A DNA stretch of 64,000 bases from assembly GCA_030141605.1 (NCBI GenBank), contig JAQGDQ010000220.1, forward strand, positions 39,786 through 103,785, read 5' to 3'. Each line of letters opens with the position of its first letter. Positions within the stretch are counted from its first letter, which is position 1. A program made the translations under genes and the position numbers. The stretch is from Tubiluchus corallicola. Taxonomy: Eukaryota > Animalia > Priapulida. Shown here in pieces: positions 50,358 to 62,362 of this stretch. Under the pieces are notes generated by a model that did not search any database, was not told the DNA's origin, and saw only the letters and a list, made by a program, of their open reading frames with translations.

Positions 50358-50515
50358 CCAGGTAAAAAAGTCACATGTAAAAAGTAACAGGAAAGAAATC
50401 ATAGGAAAAAAGTCACAGGAAAAAGTGCAGAAGAAAAAGGAAATAATCCTAACCCTAACATTAACCCTAGCCAAACTTAACTGTGACTTTTTCCTAGCCA
50501 ATGACTTTTTTCCAT
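50358..50515. mobile_element. Small foldback-like element with central TAACCC motifs
   Basis: Tandem GGWAAAAAGTCACA modules face TGTGACTTTTTCC modules around CCTAACCCTAACATTAACCCTA. Confidence 0.55.
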
Positions 50516-50803
50516 AGCTGGCTCAATATAGAGGATATTCTTGATAATGAGATATGATCCAGTCATGCCACAAACATCTCAATGCGCAATCCCTGTCTTT
50601 AAGTGCTGGGTTACGACTTGCCAAATATTACACATTTCATTAAGTGCTCAAATATTCTAAACGAGCTTAAAAGCCATATGCGGTTGTACTTTCTAACAGA
50701 TCAAGTACTGTACGCTGAGCAGCACTATAACAAAAATAATTTATAGGTACTAATTACAGGTTTGCTATCAATAACAAAAATTAATGTCAAAAAAAAGGCT
50801 TAC

Positions 50804-50808
50804 CCCAT
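50804..50808 (-). CDS. HOMER: Homer exon 1 coding part (ATGGG)
   Basis: Minus strand ccaagcATGGG|gtaagc: good Kozak context and a strong phase-2 donor. Joined to exon 2 it gives the canonical MGEQPIF start. Confidence 0.75.
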
Positions 50809-51460
50809 GCTTGGAATTTTTTGAACAAGGTGCAGATGATACCAGAAGCTCGAAGTGTGCAAGATGAACTTCAGCCAGTTCCACGAGAATATGGCTAAAA
50901 ATTTCCTAATTGTCCACAAACTAACACTGCCGCGTCAAGTGAACTGTACGCTCAGCCGTATTATTATAATGCTGCTGTACCAGAGCTAACTATACAAGAT
51001 ACATGTATACAACTACACGCTTTGTTATCTACTACTCAATTGGGTATCTTGCGTGAAAACGTCCAATAATTTTTGTTGTAAGTGATTCTCAACTTTACCG
51101 GTTTGCCAGGCATCTCAAATCCATCTTTTGTAATTTAATTAATTTAGCATTTCCGCTTAAGCAAAGCCAATTAATTTAATATCAGCAATTCAGCAAAACT
51201 TTTGACAGTATGCCTAGCTGCAAAACGTAAGCATCCTGAAAACCGCAAGTTAAGCAAGAAAGATATTTTTTCTAAATTTCTATTGGTTGGTTGTTTGTGG
51301 TGTGTTCCGGGGAGGCCATTAGCTAAACAGAATTCATCGATGACATTATAATGAAACTATTTCTTAAATATTGTAGCAACGTTTTGATTGTTTAATGTTA
51401 ATGTTTGTTGGAAAAGCTGTCTGTTGCATGCACAAATTTAGAAAATACCAGAAGTTAAAT
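50809..51460. promoter_or_regulatory. Putative shared (bidirectional) promoter and 5'UTR region of Homer and alpha-catenin
   Basis: Lies between the Homer ATG (50808, -) and a + strand donor AAT|gtaagt (51461) that can pair with the acceptor at 52890 before the alpha-catenin ATG. CCAAT at 51167-51171 and ATTGG at 51282-51286. Confidence 0.45.
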
Positions 51461-51879
51461 GTAAGTGTTTCTAGTTTTAATTGTGAGCTTTATTCAAACT
51501 TGACTGAAAAATGTTTATGAATCACCAAAATACAAATCGATGAATCACATCAAGTTGCATTTTTGTTGTCTAGCCGTATAACATTAATTGCGTAATTCTA
51601 ATTAATTCTTATCTTTAACTCATCTTTGCAGCTACCCCCATTATTTTGGGTATTTTTGAGACTTTAATTTTGGTTGCTGTTGTGTAAAGAACATAGTACT
51701 GGATTATATTATACATCTAATCTCTAATTCTAAACAAACTTTTCTGTGGTGCTTGCACTTTAACTACAAAGATCGTGATTGTAATGATTTGGTACGTTAT
51801 ATACACATACGTAGAGCAAAAACTAGGCTTCTATAACTAAGGGTACAAGTATCTTGCTGTAGAAAGACTCGGTGTTTGC

Positions 51880-52590
51880 AGACATGTTTCTCATGAATCC
51901 AATCTATATTTCGTTCGTCAATGGCATTAACATACTTTTGGATGGCCCCTTTAAACTGAGTAACTGTCACTGCTTTGGTAGCCTTTTGAGGTAAACCATT
52001 CCACAAATCAATTATCCTATGTCTGACAAAAAAAGTGCGGATTCTAAACAGGACTGGCACATTCCACAATTGGAAGGACTTTGAATTTATATAGCTTGAT
52101 GAGTATGCTTGCATTTTTATTAATGAATGTTCTGTTTATTATGCCAAGTATCATATTTGCTTTTTTGACTTTAATGGAGGCATGCTTTCCAGGTTTTACG
52201 TTGGATGATGTTATGACACCTAAGTCGTTTCTTCCTGGACTACATTTAATGAAGTATTACTAACCATATGATCTTGGTGTGGATCTGAAAACCCCATATG
52301 CATTAATTTACATTTGCTTTCATTGAATAATATTTGTCATTCTTGTGACCCATTAAAAAGCACTTGTAAAGAGTTTCCTAGGGACAGAATTTCATCATAC
52401 GTGCCTACTGTACTACACATTTTGCAGTCGTCCGCACATTTAGACACTTTCATTCCTACGCCTTCGTCAATGTCATTTACATAAATTGGAAACGACAGGG
52501 GTCCCAGAACTGATACTTGAGGTACCCCAGAAGAAACAGGCTCGCACTTTGAAAAACTGTCTCCAACCACAGTTCTTTGGGTTCTTACGA
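51880..52590 (-). mobile_element. Degenerate CR1-clade LINE ORF2 fragment (RT and C-terminus)
   Basis: QRTVVGDSFSKCEPVSSGVPQVSVLGPLSFPIYVNDIDE...KCADDCKM, then KANMILGIINRTF and RIIDLWNGLP; frameshifted and internally deleted. Confidence 0.9.
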
Positions 52591-52920
52591 TTCCTACATC
52601 ATATGGTAACCGAAATTCCATTATGCTGAGTTACCATAATTCATTGTGCTGGATAAATGCAGGGAAACCTGAAGTGAAGTTTTTTTAATGGATTTCTCTC
52701 TGTAGGTTCGCCATAGCAAATTGTTTGGAAAACCCCAAGAGTGATTTAAATGAAATAGTGACTTAGTCAATTGATTTCCTATTGGTAAATAATGAGCCTG
52801 AATCTGACTAGTTTATACAAACAACCACATTGGCTAATGTAAAACATAAATGTTGAACATTGCTTATTCTTTTTTTAATAATTTGTTTAGAGTTAACATT
52901 ATTTACCATAAACCATTGAC

Positions 52921-53016
52921 ATGTCGAAGGGCAGTCTTCAAATTAGATGGGATCCGAAAAATTTGGAAATTAGGACAAAGTCTGTGGAAAAAACACTGGA
53001 GCCTCTTGTCACCCAG
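52921..53016 (+). CDS. CTNNA: alpha-catenin coding exon 1
   Basis: MSKGSLQIRWDPKNLEIRTKSVEKTLEPLVTQ|gtttgc; acceptor tttag at 52890. Confidence 0.96.
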
Positions 53017-53799
53017 GTTTGCTGTTTAGAATTTTTCCTGGAAGTTGATCAGAATTGGATTGCAATGTGCTATTTGAATTACTGATATTGGTTGTCAATG
53101 GTTGACATTTTGATTTGCTGTAAATCTGTTAAGGGTTTATGTAGTTAATCAAGCATAATTTAACGGAAAGGACAAGTCAGTTATCATGTTGGGCCTATTT
53201 TACTGCTATCACTTAAACTTATAAAAGTATAACAAAGAGATTTCCATATAATTGTCTATGAAACATACGAAACATTATAAATACTATGGCTGTGTACAAA
53301 TTGTCAGGTGTGGGTGGTAGGTATAATTCACTTAAAAATTATGATGTAACTACTGGACTTCGTGACTTTTTGTAAGCTCATCATGGTTTTCCTCAAGCAC
53401 TCATTGCTTTTTAAACTAATTCAAAACTGATTTGTTTGCAGTTTACCAAATGTTCATGCAAAAATATCACAAAAAATCTGTTTTTTTTTGGCAAAAACTT
53501 GTTGATGGAAATTTACAGTGCATTTACTCTTCAGCCGATGAACAGACACGAACGATTGAACCAATGTCATTGATGGAAAATAGATATTCTAAGTGGGAGC
53601 TTCTATTTTTGACCGCGACTTTAAAAAGGTTTTACTAATTACACGAGTCGCTTTTATCATTTTTATTACTTAATCCATTTAACATTTTTCGTGAACATTG
53701 AAGTAAGCCCATCTTCCCAGAATGCTTGACCTTTCCTTAATATTTTGCTGAAGACAAGGTATTTTTGATGAATTTTATAATCTGAATGCAATTTTTCAG

Positions 53800-53989
53800 G
53801 TGACGACTTTGGTGAGTTCCAAAGGGCCATCAAATAAAAAGAAGGGCAAATCAAAGAAGGCTCATGTACTCTGTGCAGCTGTACAGAAGGCCACCGAACA
53901 TTTTGTTGTGGCTGGCGAGCACATTGCTAATCAAAATCCTGAAGTGCGTACAGAAATGATGAGTGCTGTGGACGAAGTGAAAAAAGCAG
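53800..53989 (+). CDS. CTNNA: alpha-catenin coding exon 2
   Basis: VTTLVSSKGPSNKKKGKSKKAHVL...AVDEVKKA(G)|gtatga. Confidence 0.96.
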
Positions 53990-54047
53990 GTATGATGTTA
54001 CCTTGCAGTTAACAAGAGAAAAATATTTCTATGTCTTTTACTATGTA

Positions 54048-55064
54048 CAGTATAACACCGTTATAGCGAACACAGTTTATTGCGTACACACTGATGGACT
54101 ACGAACATACCAGAAACGAACTTTTGTCATTCATTTAGCTAATATAATAGCTTCAAATACATTATACTTGCTTATTGTGCATTTTGGACTATCTATTGGG
54201 CCCAGTTGCCTGCGTTATGGCCAATTGTGTATTTATAAGTTTTTATTACATATTTTACCATTGTCTGCCACTTACAATTTAATTACAGTTATATTTAACT
54301 AACCATTTCTGACACAGGGCCAGACGTCAATCAACGGCTGGCATCCAGCTCATTTTTATAATAACTTGCAGTCGCCAACACTGGCAACTCAGTCATGTGA
54401 TCAGAGAAAGGAGAACCATAGTCTCTTTCTGTTTAATTATTTTTGAAGTAAGTTCTCATAAAAAGCCTTTAATAGTATATTCAAAAAGTGCAAAAAAGAT
54501 AGCTGTCAAAAACACTGCTAATACATTCTTTTGAGGTTTTTATAGGCATTTCTGCTTCGTGAAGTGAGAAACAATTTACTGGAAAACTTGCACAAGAAAC
54601 AGAAATTTTGTACAAACAAAAGTGGTGGACTTTTTTAAATCTCAGTGGCTTTATTGAACGTGTCAACTGACATACATACATTTTAAGTGAGTGTGCACAT
54701 AAATGTGCACATGTATACATACATTTCAACTGAATGTGTACATGTATACATGCATTTCAACTGAATGTGTACATGTATACATGCATTTCAACTGAATGTG
54801 TATATGCACACTAATGCAAAACATCCATTAGTGTTGTCACATAAAACTATGTTTCGCTGAGCTTCAATAATTAGTTGTATTTTGTTTCTTGACTCTACTG
54901 CTGCAAAGTAGTTAATAGCATCTTCTGAAAGTACTTTACATCCTCTTTACACACTGTATGATTATTAACATGTGCTTGCTCATCTAGTAGTTATGCATTA
55001 GCTGCAAATGTTTATAAAGTACGTCTGTTATATAGAGTACAATCCCTATAATTGTGTTATGCTG
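54048..55064. mobile_element. pogo/Tigger-like non-autonomous element
   Basis: TA|CAGTATAACACCGTTATAGCG ... CCCTATAATTGTGTTATGCTG|TA: 17/21 TIR match with a TA TSD. Confidence 0.72.
54703..54805. repeat. 31-bp tandem repeat x3 inside the pogo-like element
   Basis: CATTTCAACTGAATGTGTACATGTATACATG starts at 54722, 54753 and 54784. Confidence 0.9.
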
Positions 55065-55084
55065 TATGTTGTTTTGCTGTGCTT

Positions 55085-55680
55085 TATGTCATGTGGAATT
55101 CATCTAGACTGAATGCAATAAGGAAAGTGGAATCTGTCTAACATAGATCTACAAAATTAGTTCCTGCCATAAGCCATTTGACATATTCAAGAACGGATGA
55201 GGAATTTCAAACTCCCCTCATTGAGATTTCGAAGGAAGAGAGGCGATTTGATCCTGATGTTTCGTATCAAGAACAATCTGACTAACCTAAAGCCTGGTCG
55301 TTATTTTGCGAGACACTGGGTGTAAAGTTCTTAAGCCCAGATGCAGAAACAGGAATAGGTTTATGTTCAGGACTGTCAATGATTGGAATTCATTAAATAC
55401 TAAGGTATGGTGTGCCACTGATGCTTCACACTTTAAGACACAACTGGATCAGTTTAGGAAAAACCATCCTGAAATGTATCACGACCCATTTTAGCCTGCA
55501 TGCACCCTATTGGCAGTGAATTAAAGACTTCCACCTGACTATACACCACAACGGCCATAGTATTAACAGTTACAGTGTTTACCTGGATCCACAACATTAT
55601 TTATACAATCAAGTATTGCAACCATGGGCAAAAAGCTATTAGCTTCGCCCTGATCATCTAAGGTAATCGAAGGTGATTAG
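55085..55680 (+). mobile_element. CR1-clade LINE 3' end fragment
   Basis: IRKVESV*HRSTKLVPAISHLTYS / LPSLRFRRKRGDLILMFRI / RFMFRTVNDWNSL...FKTQLDQF; short AAGGT-type tail at ~55660. Confidence 0.85.
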
Positions 55681-55992
55681 ATAAGTGGCAGCATTGAGGC
55701 CTGCTGCTTGACATCTTTTTGTCCAAACAGAACATGTGTGTTACTTTGCACTCAAATTCTTGTCAATATGCACAGCAGTTATTGAAAAGAATTTCAGATG
55801 TACGAAAATTGTATTGCTCTGGCAGAGGTATGTATTATTGTATAAGATATAAGTATATCTTGAGGTATGTATATTGTATTCTATTGTATTGTATGTATTC
55901 TTTATTGGGGTACTTTAGGATAGGCATTATTTTCTTAACAGGAAATTTGAAATTGATTAAACAGCATTGTTCAGAATGCATTTTATATGCAG

Positions 55993-56159
55993 GTGAAACA
56001 ATGAGAATATCTTCTAAGGACTTTGCAGAGGATCCTTGTTCATCTGTAAAACGTGGTGCCATGGTCAGAGCGGCTAGGGCTCTCCTTTCTGCCGTGACAC
56101 GCCTTCTCATTCTGGCAGACATGGTGGATGTTCACAGGCTGCTGAAGTCTCTGAAAGTG
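55993..56159 (+). CDS. CTNNA: alpha-catenin coding exon 3
   Basis: (G)ETMRISSKDFAEDPCSSVKRGAMVRAARALLSAVTRLLILADMVDVHRLLKSLKV|gtaagt; 167 nt. Confidence 0.97.
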
Positions 56160-56426
56160 GTAAGTTGTAACATCTAGTCATTGAGGTAATTTGTGACATC
56201 TAGTCATTGTGGTAAGTTTTGACATCTAGTCGTTGTGGTAATTTGTGACATCTAGTCGTTGTGGTAAGCTGTGACATCTAGTCATTGTGGTAAGTTGTGG
56301 TAAGTTTTGATGTCTAGTGATTGCGTTAAGTTGTGATGTCTAGTCATTGTGGTAAGTTGTGATGTCTAATCGTTGGGGTAAGTTTTGACGTCTAGTCATT
56401 GTGGTAAGTTGTGATGTTTAGTTGTT
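56157..56426 (+). repeat. 26-bp minisatellite (~10 copies) whose unit contains the splice donor
   Basis: Unit GTG|GTAAGTTGTGACATCTAGTCATT, starting at the last exon codon. Confidence 0.93.
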
Positions 56427-57051
56427 GGGTTTAGATGTATTTGTGATGGTTTACAGTGTTGTTAACTGCAAAATGTGTGAGACATTGTGATACTGGAGTC
56501 TGTTGAAACTTATTTTGATCAGTTTAGAATTTTGAGGTTCTTTCATCTTTCATCGTCGTTCCCATTCATCACAGACATTATTGTTTTTTTAAAGAATTCT
56601 TAAGATAAGTACATCAGAAAATATTGGACAAGCTCTGTTCCTGTCAAGCTGGTGGGATATTTAATTTGTTTATTTAATGGCTTTTGGTTTTGACTTTTTG
56701 CAACCACATTTGATAGAAAAAGCTGCTAGTTAGTTTACCCTGAGATTCTAACTAAAGCTTTATAGGAAAGCACTTATTCTCGCTTTCTGTTGTCAGAAGC
56801 AGTCAGTCTTGTAAATAAATTTTAATAAGTAATCATAATTAACTCAGTTCATCTTATTGTTTTATTGCAAAAGAAGCGGTATCATAATTTTAATGATTTG
56901 TTATTGAAAGTTCTAGCAGTTTGTCCAAAACTTAACATCTAAAGGGTTAATTGATGAATGTTTATTGTTGATTCCCATCACCTTGATCATACATTAATAA
57001 TTTCATTAATGTCATTAACATCACAAATAAACATCATTATTAATTTACCAG

Positions 57052-57171
57052 GTGGAGGATGACATGGGCAGACTGAAGAATGCTTCTAATCAGCAGGAGG
57101 TTCTAGACAATTTCAGAACATTTACGAAGAATGTGAATGAACTCAGCAACCGAGCTGCTAAGCGGCAGAAT
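57052..57171 (+). CDS. CTNNA: alpha-catenin coding exon 4
   Basis: VEDDMGRLKNASNQQEVLDNFRTFTKNVNELSNRAAKRQN|gtaaga; 120 nt. Confidence 0.95.
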
Positions 57172-57759
57172 GTAAGACTGCAAAATAATGATTTTTTGTT
57201 TTGTTTTATAAGTAACGAGTGCATGTGTAGCAAGAGCTTGTAAATGTATATTGACACTGGTTATGTAAAGTAACAGTTACCTTAGCAAAGTATGCACAAA
57301 AGTAGCTAGTTGATTAAGTGTTGCTAAGGTTTTTTAACAAAAAATACTTCTTAATAGAGGCCTGCTAATTTGGAACCTGAAGGTTAGTACTACTAGTCAA
57401 AACTTTGCTGTATGAGCTGTGGCCATTTTAAACTGTTATATTTATTCTAGTGGCAGCTAATCTTAACTTAATTAATCTTTAGTAAACTCCTAACTTATTT
57501 CAATTAATCTAAGAATTGAAATGTCGTTTAAACAAGGCGATTTTTGATTTAGCTCCTGTTTTCCGCCCAAATTTGCTGGGTTCAACTCCAACAATGCGAC
57601 TTTTGTTTTTTGGAAACTTGGGCGACCTGCTTAACTAAAGTTCACCTATTAGCTTTTCAAAACGAGAAATTTTTATCACTTGTTTGCAAAGTTTGACTTT
57701 GCTGATCTAGATCTTTGCATTTTTGTCTTATCGTTACTCACGTCTTGCACTTTTTTCAG

Positions 57760-57849
57760 GATTTGAAGGATTCCCGTCGCCGTGACGACCTGGCAGCGGC
57801 AAGAGCTGTTCTGAAGAAGAACAGCGTGATGTTACTAACCACTTCCAAG
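57760..57849 (+). CDS. CTNNA: alpha-catenin coding exon 5
   Basis: DLKDSRRRDDLAAARAVLKKNSVMLLTTSK|gttcgt. Confidence 0.95.
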
Positions 57850-58195
57850 GTTCGTAGTCGATGACGTTTCTCATCTGTTATGTATGAGCTGTTGACTGTC
57901 ATTTTCTAGTGTATGTTTGCTAACAGAGGCTTGAAAGACTACTTAACTCCTTTAAATTAACTTTTGGTATGAGATTTTGGTGTTGCTGTGTAAAATGCAA
58001 GTAGTTATGTATCTCGAAATCTTTGATCAAGTATGTTTGCAATAATATTGTTTGCTAGTCACAAAGCTAGTTTTTATGCTAATAGCGTTGTATTTTTTGG
58101 ATACCAAAACGCATTTTTATGTACTGAAGATATTACTTTTTTCTTTAATAAATTTCTCGCTGCTTATTTGATCTATTGTTGTGTTTTTTCGTAAG

Positions 58196-58369
58196 GCTTA
58201 CATTCGACATCCGGAACTTGCACCAGCTAAAGAAAATCGGGATTACGTGTATCGGGAAGTTTGCGAAGCGGTGAATACAATCTCTGACATTGCACAGGCC
58301 ACTGGTCAGTCAAAGCCATCCCAGTACGAAGGAGCGGGCGAGCTGGCTAGTGCCTTGGACGATTTTGAC
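58196..58369 (+). CDS. CTNNA: alpha-catenin coding exon 6
   Basis: AYIRHPELAPAKENRDYVYREVCEAVNTIS...GELASALDDFD|gtaagc; AAG acceptor. Confidence 0.94.
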
Positions 58370-58706
58370 GTAAGCTTTACGTTTGCTTCTAATGTTACTT
58401 ATTGATTAAACGTGAACATCACTGAGTGATAAATGTGAACAGAGCCTTAATCTGTTGTTTTCTGTTTGAAATGGTGGATGGGTGTTGCTAAAAAGGAATC
58501 ATCCTTGTCAAAAACTTGAACAAAGCAACACGCGGTTGTTGTAATATTTGAGGTTTTATATTCACATAGATCGTGTGTACTATAGTCATCAAATCTTCAG
58601 AGATACAGTCTCTTTACTTTATCATCATATCCTGTTGTTCTGACAATGAAAAAACTAGGAGTTACATGGATAATTGCTAGTGTGTGTTCGTTTGTTTTTA
58701 ATTTAG

Positions 58707-58910
58707 CGAAAGATCATTATGGATCCGGTCAGTTTCAATAAAGTTCGCACCCGTCCGTCTCTCGAGGAGCGCCTGGAGAGCATCATCAGTGGTGCGGCCC
58801 TGATGGCAGACTCCTCATGTACCCGTGATGACCGCCGTGAACGTATAATCACCGAGTGTAATGCTGTGCGCCAGGCTTTGCAGGACCTGCTGACGGAATA
58901 TGAAAACAAT
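58707..58910 (+). CDS. CTNNA: alpha-catenin coding exon 7
   Basis: RKIIMDPVSFNKVRTRPSLEERLESIISGAALMADSSCTRDDRRERIITECNAVRQALQDLLTEYENN|gtatga; 204 nt. Confidence 0.97.
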
Positions 58911-60581
58911 GTATGACACTCGTTGTTACCTTTCTCATTGTTCACCTTTCGCAATTTTTATAATTTTGTCTAACAGGCAAATTGTCATAATAGATGTGTA
59001 AAGTCAAATTGCTGAAAACTGCTCAAGGAATGTAGGCTGTTATTAATTGCCAAACTTTGACTTTATTAATCAGTAAGCTTTTTTGAATGCTACATCTAAG
59101 TTAACCTCTAATTTTTTTAGCAATATTTGTGGAAATTATTTGTGTGCTTGCATAGCAAAATAGTCCATAATTGGGCAAATAAGCTTTTCATGAGGATCAT
59201 TTTGATACCTAGCTGATTGCTCTACGTTATTTCTAAGCTGAGATAATCCACGTTGAACTTGAGATGCAGGCTACGCACTGTAAAACAATCTTGAGAAAAT
59301 GTTAAAGTTAACCATCGGTTTTTGGCACATTTCTCCAAAACACTTAGCAACCGCACTTTGCAAAAAAACACATTGAGATGTTTAAATCCAGTAGGTGTCT
59401 CTCCCTGACAAAGATCGGCTTGGCAATAGAAAAAAATCAAAGTAAAATGACTGCTTCCACAAGCTACTACCGGAGTTTGAAAATACAAGTTTTTTACAGT
59501 TGCAGTACTAGTTTTAGCCAGAGACATGGGTACAGGGTTATAAAGTTAGATTTTTAGTATATTTTGAACACATTCTTGATAATTTGATGCTAGAATATGA
59601 AAGTCCAATATATTTAGTATTTGTTTTTGTAAAAAAAACACAAAAAATTGACATAAGACCAAACTTTTGGTATATTCTACATTGAAGCACCATAACATAG
59701 TTTTATCTATGCCGACTTGTGGACCGTTTTGGTTTGCAAGCACACATTTATTGTTCCAAAGCGTTTGTGGTGGTTTGATAAATTACTTTGGGCAAACATA
59801 GTTTGAATTTGGTTCCGTCTTTGTGCAGTAAGTTCTGTACCATTGCTTTACTTCTGGTGTAAAATTTGGAATTGGGAAATTAGTCCAATTTTGATTGATG
59901 TTAAAGGCCGTGGCATGGTTTCTTTAGAACGCCTTCGTAAGAGAAGCACGAGTTTTGTCAGTAAATGACCTTGAAGGTTTTATTCTCTTACAGTCTTACT
60001 CACTTATCTTAAGTATTTTCACCTACGTTGCTTAACAGTGTGTATTACTAAATATAACAGTAAAGTGTACACATAAAAGGATCCTTTAAACACAGAGGAA
60101 TCACCATATTTGTTAACTGAACAGTAATGTCTAAATATATTACTATTCTTTATAATAATTTGCCCTTTAAATAGGCTTACATCCAGAGTTTTTCTTCAGG
60201 ATTATAATCATATAATGATGTTTACAGAGAGGAGTTTACCCACATGTGCACAAGCGTAATTGAGCATGAGAGGTGTGTGTTGCGTGCTTGTGTGCTTAGC
60301 ATTGTCTGTGTATATGTAGAATTCTTCCAGTATGTTTAATTGTGTTTAAATACTAACTATTATAATTATTTCACTTCTATTGCTTATTCATCCATCTTAA
60401 TAGTCAGCATAGTAGTAAATATAGGGGTGGCTGACTCGATGACTTGCGTTCATTCACCACTCCTATATTTCCGTATAATAACGAAAATTAACATTATTAT
60501 GTTATATTTTGTTTCAATATTTGTGACATGTACTAATACTTTACTAATAGGTGAAAAATGAAACAAATTCTAATTCTTTAG

Positions 60582-60815
60582 GTCGGCAGAAAGGAACCAA
60601 GTGAGCCTCTCAATCGGGCCATCGACAACATCTGTCGGAAGACGAGAGACTTGCGTCGGCAGCTGCGCAAGGCCGTCGTCGATCACGTTTCTGATTCTTT
60701 TCTTGAAACAAATGTACCTCTCCTTGTGCTCATTGAGGCTGCCAAAGCTGGTAATGAAAAAGAAGTTGAAGAATATGCACAAGTTTTTACTGAACATGCA
60801 AACAAACTTGTAGAG
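60582..60815 (+). CDS. CTNNA: alpha-catenin coding exon 8
   Basis: VGRKEPSEPLNRAIDNICRKTRDLRRQLRKAVVDHVSDSFLETNVPLLVLIEAAK...HANKLVE|gtgaga. Confidence 0.97.
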
Positions 60816-60946
60816 GTGAGACCGAAATTTTTTGTTTATCATTTATTTTAGTCATTAGTTTATTTATTAGTTTAGTCATGACATTAAACGTTGCTTTCCA
60901 TTTTTTTGTGTCTGTGCAGGGTCTAATTTGCAGTTTTCTTTTCCAG

Positions 60947-61084
60947 GTTGCCAATCTTGCGTGTGCGATGTCGGCTAGCGACGATGGCGTCAAACTTGTA
61001 CGTCTTGCAGCAGCACAGATTGAGAATCTTTGTCCGCAAGTGATCAATGCAGCTAGAACATTGGCAGCTCGACCTCATTCTAAG
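60947..61084 (+). CDS. CTNNA: alpha-catenin coding exon 9
   Basis: VANLACAMSASDDGVKLVRLAAAQIENLCPQVINAARTLAARPHSK|gtaatt. Confidence 0.96.
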
Positions 61085-62250
61085 GTAATTTCACGGTTTT
61101 TGTTACCACCTTGGTCTTCATTCGAGTAAAAATGAGGAGAATTTATGAAAATCTCACAACTAAAAAACAAGGAAAAAAGAGAAAGGGTGAAGTGTTTCAA
61201 AGACAAAAAGGAGAAAAAATCATAACTATAAACAAAAAGTCCCAAAAAATTCGTTTAGTAGTTCATGTAACTCATTATTATTTTTCTCATTTTTGTTTTT
61301 ATGTTTTTACCTGAAGTACAATGGCAGTTTGAAACTCTGTGCCTTTCTTTTTCCTTGTTTTTTAATTGTGGGATTTTTTTATTCATTGCCTCTATTCTTG
61401 ATATTGTTAAGAATTAATTGTTGTTATTTTTATACTTTTATCGTTTGTTAGTTTTATTTATGGTGTGACGGAAAAGACAGCTTAGGTTTTGATTGTCTTT
61501 TGTGAAGGTTTTAATTGCCTTTTGCACTGACTGACTGAGATTTTGAAAAGCACGTTTTGACCAAGTAGACATTTTTAAGAAAGAAAGTTGCATTTCCTTT
61601 ATTTTCTGTTTTCCTATTTTTTGCAAAGTTAAATTTATGTTGTACAACCTTAAAAATGTGCCATTGGGCATTGTCTCACTTTCCTTAGTTATTTTCTTTA
61701 GCCTCATAAGGCATTCATGATTCTTGTGTTGGTTGTAACAACAAAATAGTAAAACCCACTCCTCGTGGACTCTTCATTTTTTAAAGTAATCGTACTCTTT
61801 GGACAGATATGTCTAAAACCAGATAAGTGATATAGGTCATGCTTAAAATTATTTAAAAATCCAATTTAAATCTGCATCTATGAATTCAAAGCAGGTACCT
61901 GACTGGTTGAACTAATTTACCATTGCTTGTTTAGCAGACTGCTTTAGGTTACTGCCACGTAGTGGCTGTCACCAAACAGCAACATTGGTGAAGTTTCAAC
62001 AGGTGCAAACAAACAGTAATCTGTAGGTGTGGGACTTACATCCTAACATTGGCAGCTTCAGGACTCAGATGAGAGTCAGAGACACTCAATTTTACTGAGT
62101 TGCCATGTGGAACATGCAATGTAAACCGCTTGGTCACCAAGCCCCCTGTGATGAACAGATTGCTCTATAAACATTCCAAATTTTGTAAATATTTCAGAAC
62201 TTTTTGCTGTCGTTATCAAAGAAACGTGACATTCATGCATCTTATTGCAG

Positions 62251-62362
62251 GTTGCTCTGGAAAATATGGATGCGTTTAAGAAAGCTTGGGAGGATCAGGT
62301 GCGCCTGCTGACGGAAGCTGTTGATGACATAACCACCATTGATGACTTCCTGGCTGTGTCAG
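62251..62362 (+). CDS. CTNNA: alpha-catenin coding exon 10
   Basis: VALENMDAFKKAWEDQVRLLTEAVDDITTIDDFLAVS(E)|gtgtgt. Confidence 0.96.

Larger units (their letters stand above)
11777..50808 (-). other. HOMER: Gene span: Homer scaffold protein (EVH1 + coiled coil), 9 coding exons, 355 aa
   Basis: complement(join(11777..11953,12904..12984,14174..14284,15890..16046,17013..17113,18759..18905,23095..23226,29783..29939,50804..50808)) = 1068 nt, all introns GT-AG and in frame. Confidence 0.93.

Noticed and set aside
52292-52300. Second ATGGG|GT candidate for Homer exon 1
   Set aside because: It lies within the CR1 fragment (the KCKLMHMG motif) and has a weak donor (GTTTTC).
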